Assembly: GCA_964019425.1 (NCBI GenBank)
Contig: OZ025801.1
Span: 558,001 to 622,000, forward strand
From: Flectonema sp. DT1601
Taxonomy: Eukaryota
DNA length: 64,000 nucleotides
Reading direction: 5' to 3'
Position 1 is the stretch's first letter, and each line of letters opens with the position of its first letter. Below the pieces are notes generated by a model that searched no databases, was not told where the DNA came from, and saw only the letters and a list, made by a program, of their open reading frames with translations. The translations under genes and the position numbers were made by a program. Of the stretch, positions 12,319 through 20,315 are shown one piece after another.

Positions 12319-14040
12319 TTAATTCCTCGAGTAGTCCCGTTTCTCATTCCGGTCAAGACGGTCAGCCATTTCAGACTTAGTAGCAGCAACAGAGTTAGCT
12401 CGTTGCCTACTTGAGACCGTCAGCCTCTGAGAACCCGATCCTTTATCGTTATTCAGGGTCTCAATCTCCTTTCGAAGACATCTATTCGCATCCCTCTCTT
12501 CAGCAAGGTCCTGCCGTAGACTCTTCACAGCAGCCGTTAGTTCAGTAACCTGCGATACCAATTTAGAAATGTCGGATTGTTGACAGTTGTACTGCGAAGG
12601 CGGTAGGGGCAGCTGCTGTTTGTTCGATTGTAGCGTCTGCAGATATTGCTGATTTTGCTGATTTTGCTGAGAAACAGGCGGTGGTGATAAATCAATTCCA
12701 ACAGATGGCGCAGCGTTAGGTTGACAGAGGTGAGGAAACTCGTCCAGGTCCATCTTATCGGGATTCTGCTTGCCGAGACCCACCTCTTTGATTGTGATCA
12801 TGTCATCACGAAGAATGATGAAGTTACTCTTGGGTTTCTCCTTGGCCACTACAATCATCTTAGGAAGCTCCTTTCTGCTCCTGTATCGAGCAACGACGTT
12901 AATCTCCCACCCTTGGTGAGCACAGACCTGCACTACTTCCAGCGAACTCATCGCATCAATTGCTCGGCTCCTCAAACAGAACTTGAGGCCTTCAGGTGGA
13001 GGCGGCAGTGCATTCTCACCCAGCTTCGATCGCACGTAATCTTCGTCGGTCTTCAGACACACAATCCCCAGCTTGCGTGAGTGGCGGTAGAACCTCAGAG
13101 GTAACCGGAGTTCACCGGCTAGCGATGAGGCTAACTTAAAATCCACCGTGAGCTGGATTGACGACCTGCACGGTGCTGTGTCTGCGAAATTCGGTACTGA
13201 TAAGAAGTACCCACCACTCCCACTTGCCCTTCTCAAGGCGTCAACAGCGTCTGCTGGCACCCTCATGTTCACAGACTTAACATGAGGGTCTGATTCCTTC
13301 TTGTTGGCAGGCCACAAGAGGTGCGGCTCGATGGGCATGTTCGTGACTGCTGTGTAGTAGTCAGAAGCCTTCTTGCACAACTCATTAGGTGAAGGTACCT
13401 TGTCGTTGGAGTGGAGCGCGTGGTGGTGGAACAATACCACTCGATTGTCACCGGCAGTCAGAGCGTCTCCACGGAAGAGGGTAGCTGGTTTCCCGGTTGA
13501 TACAATCCAACCGGTCCGATGTGTCAGGACACCGTCGTTTACCACCGCCGGGAACTGTATCTTCTTACCGCCCCCAGGGTTTTTCTTGCAAATTACCGAG
13601 AGGTTTGTTCCCGGTCGGAGTTTAATCATCGCATCTACATCAGAGGCCGTGCCCAGTGACACACCACACGTAATCGACGTGTTAAACACGCCTGACATCG
13701 AAATTATTGGAACAGACCAGTCATCATCACGGAGTTGGCAGTCCCACCGCTTCTCTTGCACATTCGGTAAATTAGTTGCTGCCTTCCCATCACATCGGAC
13801 CTCCTTCAGTCCACTAAACGAATTCAGCGCTTGAGCCGGCTCAGGCTTGCGCTTCACTACCTTGGGCCGCTTACCACGTACCCTCGTCCATTCCTCATTC
13901 ATCGGCGATAAATCCACCGATGGCTTCTCTCCCCCGTTGCGTTTAGTAACCCCCTTTACATTCAAACCCTTCTGCATCTCACCGAGCATGCCCACCATCT
14001 TCTCCAGCATCAGGCCAAATAGGCCTGGATCCAATGTCAT
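12319..14040 (-). CDS. LINE ORF1 (573 aa; Gln-rich stretch and C-terminal coiled coil)
   Basis: Long ORF directly upstream of and in frame with ORF2; ATG 20 nt after the SL relic; no obvious CCHC knuckle. Confidence 0.85.
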   Translation of the reverse strand: MTLDPGLFGLMLEKMVGMLGEMQKGLNVKGVTKRNGGEKPSVDLSPMNEEWTRVRGKRPKVVKRKPEPAQALNSFSGLKEVRCDGKAATNLPNVQEKRWDCQLRDDDWSVPIISMSGVFNTSITCGVSLGTASDVDAMIKLRPGTNLSVICKKNPGGGKKIQFPAVVNDGVLTHRTGWIVSTGKPATLFRGDALTAGDNRVVLFHHHALHSNDKVPSPNELCKKASDYYTAVTNMPIEPHLLWPANKKESDPHVKSVNMRVPADAVDALRRASGSGGYFLSVPNFADTAPCRSSIQLTVDFKLASSLAGELRLPLRFYRHSRKLGIVCLKTDEDYVRSKLGENALPPPPEGLKFCLRSRAIDAMSSLEVVQVCAHQGWEINVVARYRSRKELPKMIVVAKEKPKSNFIILRDDMITIKEVGLGKQNPDKMDLDEFPHLCQPNAAPSVGIDLSPPPVSQQNQQNQQYLQTLQSNKQQLPLPPSQYNCQQSDISKLVSQVTELTAAVKSLRQDLAEERDANRCLRKEIETLNNDKGSGSQRLTVSSRQRANSVAATKSEMADRLDRNEKRDYSRN

Positions 14041-14060
14041 AGTTGTTAATTATTGGAAAT

Positions 14061-14076
14061 CAATAAAGTACAGATA
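14061..14076 (-). other. Second, partial SL relic
   Basis: TATCTGTACTTTATTG = last 16 nt of the SL with one mismatch, 20 nt upstream of the ORF1 ATG. Confidence 0.85.
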
Positions 14077-14110
14077 TTAGCCTAATATTTCGTTGAACAC
14101 AAACGGAATC

Positions 14111-14148
14111 CAATAAAGTACAGAAACTGTAGCTTTAGAATCGTTGGT
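14111..14148 (-). other. Retro-copied spliced-leader exon (diplonemid type)
   Basis: Reverse complement ACCAACGATTCTAAAGCTACAGTTTCTGTACTTTATTG matches the euglenozoan SL 3' core CAGTTTCTGTACT(T/A)TATTG and, from memory, the diplonemid 5' part. Not followed by a GT donor, so not an SL RNA gene. Confidence 0.92.
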
Positions 14149-14599
14149 GGAAATAAAAAAGAATCGACAACTTTATTTTTTTTTACTTTTTTACTCACAT
14201 TTTTTTTTGTTTTGTGACGCAACCAGGTGCAAAATCCTAATAAAGGAATAGGTTAGGTTGCGCTGCCACAATTCTCTTTCTACCTAACAACGGGTTGTAG
14301 GTTTATAAAAATAAATAAAAAACGAAAGAAAATATAGAACACTGATTAAGACTCACAACCTCGTCGACTTTTTTTTTTTTTTTTTTTTAAAATGAAAAAT
14401 CTGTCGACCTCAGTCTGTTCCAATTAGTTTGAATTTCGAATGACAATCACGACGGGAGAAAGTCTCGGCAATGTTGATGCGTGTCATATTTTTTTTTTTG
14501 TTGTTGTTGTTTTGATCGTGCGCAACCAAAAAAACAATTTTGTAAAGTTTAAGGTAAACGTTTCTCTTTCAATCGTAAAACACGTTTTCGAGATGGAGA

Positions 14600-14672
14600 A
14601 GGGGGTGAAACTTTGACAATGTAAAAACAGTAACAACTTTAGGTATTAAAAAAACAAAATTAATATCAAAGC
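14600..14672 (+). repeat. Dispersed repeat family F4 (also 15113-15155 and 46202-46278; linked segment 15012-15058 resembles 46531-46580)
   Basis: Shared gggggtgaaactttgac...aaacagtaacaact...aaattaatatcaaa. Confidence 0.75.
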
Positions 14673-15260
14673 ACTTACCGAGATGGAGAAAGGGGAAAAA
14701 AAAAAAGAAAATCCACAAAAAAAATAGTTTCTGATACTCAGAACTACCTAATGTGTGACAGCAATCTGAGATATTCTCCAACAACACAATAATATGAAGA
14801 ATTCGAGAGTTCAATTATGTTCCTGACGTCATAAAAAACTAAAGAAGAAATAAAAAAACAACAAAAACAATGCAACTGCCCCCCAGTGGATGATGTCTCT
14901 CTCTCTCACTTAGCAATAGTACCAAAAAAAAAAAAAAAAAAAAGGGATAAATTGAATGTTTGAACATTTGCAAAAAAAAAAACACAACTGTTTTGTATCA
15001 TATTAACATAAAAACGATAATTTTAACATTCTGTTAAGGATACAGTGAACATAGCCTTTTTTTTTTTTTAAAGTAACTATTCAGGTTTTGAGAGTTTTCT
15101 ATATCCAAAAGGGGGGGGGTGATAGCTTTGACGACGTAGAAAACAGTAATAAACTTCATTATACTAAAATAAGGTAATAAGGGTTAAAAAAAGATGAGGA
15201 AAAAAAATGAAAAAAATTAGTTTATTATATAAGAGAGTGCACTAAATGAAAATAATATAA

Positions 15261-15431
15261 AAAGAATTGGCTTTATCTGCATCTATACAGAAAATAATAA
15301 TATAACAACTGTGATTTTTTTTGTTTGTGTCACGAAACCCCCCGTGAACCGACTTAAACTGATAAAGCTAAAGGAGGTTTACGTGTGCTGCCCAACATTC
15401 TTTTTCGTTCTTACAATACTTGTTAAATGCA
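15261..15431 (-). repeat. F2 copy
   Basis: Reverse complement of 1948-2113. Confidence 0.9.
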
Positions 15432-15892
15432 AAAAAAAAAGAAAGAAAGACAAAGTTTAGCTAAAAATAAAATTAGATATAATGTATTATACTCGTACAT
15501 AACTAAAATAATGTTAGTATAAGTATCCAGAAATCGTTGTCGAATCTGGTAATTCGGGGGGGGACTTGGATAAATAAATCAAGGTTAACACGCAACAAAT
15601 TAGACAAGAATCATTATAACTGGATTCTGTCCACACAAAATCGCATGCTTTAAATAAACTACCAGAGAAAGAAATGCTGTCAAGTCAAATTGACCCGGGG
15701 ACCACGCACTACAGGTTGAGCATCCCATGCCCTGCAGGTCGTTACAGCTTGAAAACATTAATGCATTAATGGGTAACCAATAAAAATTATCTGGGTGGGT
15801 AGTTACAGGGGTGAGAAAAAAAGAAAAGATAAATAACATGACAAGAATACGCTGGTTCGTAGCACACTACCAGCAAAGCCCATCCCATAAAC

Positions 15893-18800
15893 TTAGTTAT
15901 GGTTGGTTTGACTCAAAAGCAGGAAAGGTTCACAAGTCAACTGATGGATTTGCAAACCTCGACTTCCCGCAAACCATGTGCCTGCTTTCGTCGTACGCAT
16001 GCCACATCCACAACAAAAGTATATTCCAACGCAATTCAAGCAAACATTCCAATCACATGTTAAACTCTCACCTTTACAAGGGAGACGACATTCAAGTATT
16101 TGTCCAAAGAAATAATTTGAATCACATAAATCACAAAAAACTGGTTTATTAATGAGAACTATTTCAAGATCGTGACCTTGTGGGCAAGTGGTGGTTACAC
16201 CTTTTTGTTCTAACTCGGTATGTACTTTCATTGGAGAGAGCACCTTGCAGGATTTAGAATCTGTTTCATTGACGATACTTTTCGATAAGAATCTACTCGT
16301 TATGTCCTTTTCGTTTAAAACAAATAAAGGTAATATGATTTCTAAACCTCCTTCACGCAATTTATCAAAGAGTACCCCGGCTTCGTCAGGTAAGTTTTCA
16401 CTCTCCACATCAGTAAAGCCAGAACAGGTAACCAAATTAAACAGGCCATTGAGAATGACCTCAGTATACTCTATACACCAATCATTGATTACTGACCAAT
16501 CGTATGGCCCTAGTATTGGGAAAAAGTGCTCAGATGGAACATTTGCATGGTGCCCGAGTATGATGAACCCCCTGACAAGTAAAAAAGTAGACCGCGCGTC
16601 GGGAGCGACAAAGTAAGCGGAGTCTTTTTGCTCATAAGGGTCCATACTTAGGAAGAAAAAACTAACACCCAATACATTTGATAAGGCTTGTATGGCTGCA
16701 TGGTCTGCCCACACACCATCAAAACCCATTCCAAGTGCATATTCGTCGTAATTACCGAGTACAAAGTTTTTATATTTATCACTATACTCTACTAACTCAG
16801 CACTGGTGAATTCACGCAGCGTCGCTGCATCAAAGAAGTAAAAGATTTGTTTCGATACTGCTTCAAAGAAACAATTACCAAAACGGTTCACGTCTTCAGG
16901 GTAAAGACCAACTTCTTCCATATACCATATCGTGTGGTCAATTGTAAAGTAATCCACTTTTCCTTCTTGAACAATTGGTTCTTCTGGAATCAACACTACG
17001 GCTTTAGGCGGGTAAACAATAAACTGTCTTTCTTTTGGAAAATGGTAAGAGTGAGGGTTGTTTAATTTGCCAAAGACAACATGAACTAAAGAAAATAATC
17101 TCTTATATGTGGAATCGTAGGCTTTATAAAACTCATCGCAGAATTCACGAAAAGCAAATGCTACGTCTTGTTTCTTAAAACCTCTTTTCCACATTCTATA
17201 AAGTATAAATTCAAATTCAACAAAAAGATCAGGTAAATTATTACAAATCATTGCAGCTCTAAACATAGCACCTTTAACCACTCCTTTCGGTATAGACACT
17301 GGCATAGTTGAATTACTATGTACATATTGCAAAGGGCGAAAAGACCAATCCTTTCGGCTTATAGATAACCTGATAAACTTTCTCTTTTCCTTTGTTTCAA
17401 TTCTGATTCTTGCTCCCAAAAAGACTACGTGGTCTTCACTAATCGTAGTGTCTTTGTAGTCCATCTTGTAGATGCTTGGGGGTGGAGGCTCATGCCCCCA
17501 GCAAAGGAAGTCATCAATATAACGCACCATAGTGCTATAAATCTTTGCTTTTGGAGGGGTTAACGTATCAATGTATTTACTCTCACACTGATAGCAATAA
17601 AGGTTTGCTATTAAAGGGGAAGCATTACCACCCATTGGTATTCCTTTTGTTTGTCTATAACATTTTTTACTTCCGATCGGTTGAATTAATGAATAATCAA
17701 TACACATGTTGATATGTTCAATAACTTGTTCAACGGTAAGGTTTTTCGTCTTGGGTGGTTTCGTTTCGGTAAAAAAATATTCACTTTTTCCTTGCGAATG
17801 ACGCGTTAGGTACTTCAGTTTTTTGTAAGTAAAAGCTTCTTTCACAGCTGCCGCACATTGTTCTTTAAGATAGTCATGTGGTAAGTTGCTGTACATTGTA
17901 GTAAAATCAAAAGTTTTTGGTGGGGTGGAAGCGCTATAAATTGGGTATTTCCTTTTAATAGTTGTAATAACGTCGTCGACAGAATCAACAATGAAATATC
18001 TACGTACACCTGTACGAGCAAACTCTATACAATCTTTTATGTAAAGCACTTTGAGAATCGTTTTTAGAAAACCGACTACTTCCAACTGTACATCCGTCAT
18101 TATATTAGACAAACCTCTAGCCGATAGAGCTGCTATTGTCTCTACTTTTGTATCTTTCAAACGGTTGTCTTTTTCCAAAAACTCATTTAATTCATTACTT
18201 TTTTCTTTTTTCTTTTTATCTTTTTCTGAGGTATAAACTTCACATTTGGTGGACGTGCCAGCAATCCAACGTAGTCGGATGTCCGGTAATTTGTGCAATT
18301 TCAAATTACCATAAAGGTAGGGCACAGACCCTGAAAGTTTACTAAAATTTAATTTCTTTTTTGTCGCTTCCAAGTTTTTAAACATGTCCTCTTCTGCTAA
18401 AGAATAGGACGAAATTTCTTTTCTGAGTAATTGTAAATAAAGGGTTTTACACATTACGCCAACATCATGGCGGGCTTTATCAATTGGTAAAAACACAAAA
18501 TTTTCTTTTAAGTTAGCTAATTCCTGCCGTAAGCGATAAACAGTATTGTCTGCGGGCAGGGGTTGTAATAACAATAAATGAGATAACTTATTTTTAAGCC
18601 AGGAGTTGAGGTACCGTTCGTTTTGGTTCTGTTCCTCCACCGACTCTCCCTTAAGGCTTCGTCTTACTTTGTCCGTAAAAGTATCGATAGACAAATATAA
18701 TTCTTCTAAAATTTCCGTTTGCGGAGCATGCAAGCGAAACCATAAACCCAATTCGAATAGTTTACGTAGATCACCACTACAATTGAGGTTTGTCCAGTGA

Positions 18801-19153
18801 CCCACTAAATGTTCCTGAGATGATTTTTGTCCCTGTGTGGATCTCATCTCGTTACATTTGCAAATATCATCGGATATGTGTTCCTCATCAAGTTCGGTGA
18901 CAGAACTCATATTTAGAACAACAGATCCAACAGTTCTGCCTAAGGAAAAAGACACTTTAACAGGATCAAGAGAATTGAAAAAGTTTTTGAATAGTGCGTG
19001 TTTAAATACTGAACCAAAATTTAAATTCTTAAGAGAAGGGTGAACCATTCTAAGACAGAACCGGGGCCACGTAGAACGGGGAAAAATAAAAAATGGAGGG
19101 GAAATCGTAGGGCATCTGTCCTTCTCGCAACAGCTATTTTTACCCATGTACAA
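15893..19153 (-). CDS. Penelope-like element reverse transcriptase fused to OTU-family protease and zinc fingers
   Basis: PLE RT motifs PIDKA..VMCK..Y, YGNLKLHK.P..RWIAG, FDFTTMYSNLPH, QTKGIPMGGNASPLIANLY, RYIDD. OTU-like GNCFFEAVS...GVWADHAAIQALS...EHFFPI. C-terminal Cys clusters. Start uncertain (TTG; possible frameshift to 19296). Confidence 0.88.
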   Translation of the reverse strand: MYMGKNSCCEKDRCPTISPPFFIFPRSTWPRFCLRMVHPSLKNLNFGSVFKHALFKNFFNSLDPVKVSFSLGRTVGSVVLNMSSVTELDEEHISDDICKCNEMRSTQGQKSSQEHLVGHWTNLNCSGDLRKLFELGLWFRLHAPQTEILEELYLSIDTFTDKVRRSLKGESVEEQNQNERYLNSWLKNKLSHLLLLQPLPADNTVYRLRQELANLKENFVFLPIDKARHDVGVMCKTLYLQLLRKEISSYSLAEEDMFKNLEATKKKLNFSKLSGSVPYLYGNLKLHKLPDIRLRWIAGTSTKCEVYTSEKDKKKKEKSNELNEFLEKDNRLKDTKVETIAALSARGLSNIMTDVQLEVVGFLKTILKVLYIKDCIEFARTGVRRYFIVDSVDDVITTIKRKYPIYSASTPPKTFDFTTMYSNLPHDYLKEQCAAAVKEAFTYKKLKYLTRHSQGKSEYFFTETKPPKTKNLTVEQVIEHINMCIDYSLIQPIGSKKCYRQTKGIPMGGNASPLIANLYCYQCESKYIDTLTPPKAKIYSTMVRYIDDFLCWGHEPPPPSIYKMDYKDTTISEDHVVFLGARIRIETKEKRKFIRLSISRKDWSFRPLQYVHSNSTMPVSIPKGVVKGAMFRAAMICNNLPDLFVEFEFILYRMWKRGFKKQDVAFAFREFCDEFYKAYDSTYKRLFSLVHVVFGKLNNPHSYHFPKERQFIVYPPKAVVLIPEEPIVQEGKVDYFTIDHTIWYMEEVGLYPEDVNRFGNCFFEAVSKQIFYFFDAATLREFTSAELVEYSDKYKNFVLGNYDEYALGMGFDGVWADHAAIQALSNVLGVSFFFLSMDPYEQKDSAYFVAPDARSTFLLVRGFIILGHHANVPSEHFFPILGPYDWSVINDWCIEYTEVILNGLFNLVTCSGFTDVESENLPDEAGVLFDKLREGGLEIILPLFVLNEKDITSRFLSKSIVNETDSKSCKVLSPMKVHTELEQKGVTTTCPQGHDLEIVLINKPVFCDLCDSNYFFGQILECRLPCKGESLTCDWNVCLNCVGIYFCCGCGMRTTKAGTWFAGSRGLQIHQLTCEPFLLLSQTNHN

Positions 19154-19681
19154 AAAACGACGGTATTCCCAAGCATGTTATAATGATATTTTACGCGTTC
19201 GTCTTTCAACAAAATGTTGGGAACGAGACAAAAACACAACATGCCTCTGAGACCATCTAAGGAAAACTCAGAGAAAGAATTGGGACGGCTCTTCACAAAT
19301 CCTCGATACTACGTAAGCAAATTAGCGGAATATAGAACTTTAAAAAAAAAGAAAAGAAAAAAAAAAGGATCAGGTCACCCCAACTAAAAACATGATAATA
19401 TCAAACGTATTATCAGTTTTTTTTTTTTTTTTTTTTTAAAAACACCGATAAGGAGAACTGACTCCCGTTCAGCTGATAGTGAGACGTGTTGACAGTCGTC
19501 GTGTCAGTTACGTGGAGTGACGCTCCTTATGAAAATAAAACAAAAAAAAATTTTAAAAAAAAAAAGAAAAAATAAAAAAATCACTATTGTCAAATGTTTC
19601 TCAGAACCGTAGTCGTAGTTTAAAAATTTTTTTTGTTTGCGTCCAACAACAACGTGTTTAAAAAAAAACAATAACAATTTC

Positions 19682-19715
<34 letters not shown>

Positions 19716-20232
19716 CAAATCAAGAAAAAGACACCCGTTGAACACAACAACACAAGTTGTCTGAAGTGAAACTGCGAATGCCTATTAGTAAAAGCAAAGA
19801 AAAGTCAAAAAAAAAAAAAAAAATGATATTGTCCTGCCTTTTATAAAGTGTTAAGCCAGCTGCAAGAATCTCAAATCCATGCAGCCAGTTACACGAATAA
19901 AAACTCAACAGAAGAAGAAAAAAAATTGTATGCGTGATGCGTGTGTGAGTGGACAACTAAAACGGAGAAAGAAGAAGAAAAGAAATAACGAAAATAACAA
20001 AACTGATTTTACGAAATTGACGCAAGTAAGGATATCATCATCGGAGACACAACAAACTCTCTGCTGTTCAATAAGGAAGCAGACAACGTCTATAAACTAG
20101 TAAGTCACTTACAAATCATGTAAGAGCCAATATGTTCTCTATGCCTTCTTCAAAAGATTTCAGTGGCGTAGTATGCCCAACAGTTATGCGGCAACTCTCT
20201 CTCTCTCTCTCATTTTTTTTTTTTTTTTTTTT

Positions 20233-20310
20233 TGCATTTTAACAAAAGCATTATTAAGAGCACACATAAACCTCCTTTTAGCTTACTCGGTCTAAGCCGG
20301 TTCACGGTTT
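20233..20310 (+). repeat. F2 partial copy adjacent to a stop codon
   Basis: gcacacataaacctccttttagc...cggttcacggttt. Confidence 0.8.
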
Positions 20311-20315
20311 TTAAA

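Larger units (their letters stand above)
7826..14148 (-). mobile_element. Full-length non-LTR retrotransposon (APE-RT-RNaseH, I/Ingi-like group)
   Basis: ORF1 and ORF2, ~300-bp 3' UTR, degenerate (TAAA)n tail at 7826-7855, SL sequence at the 5' end. No clear TSD identified. Confidence 0.93.

Noticed and set aside
14061..14124. 14-bp direct repeat CAATAAAGTACAGA as a target-site duplication
   Set aside because: Both copies are better explained as the SL 3' end.
14111..14148. SL RNA gene
   Set aside because: The exon is not followed by a GT donor or SL intron and is not in a tandem array.
15325..15390. Hammerhead ribozyme in F2 (GAAA...CTGATA)
   Set aside because: Stems I-III cannot be formed around the core.
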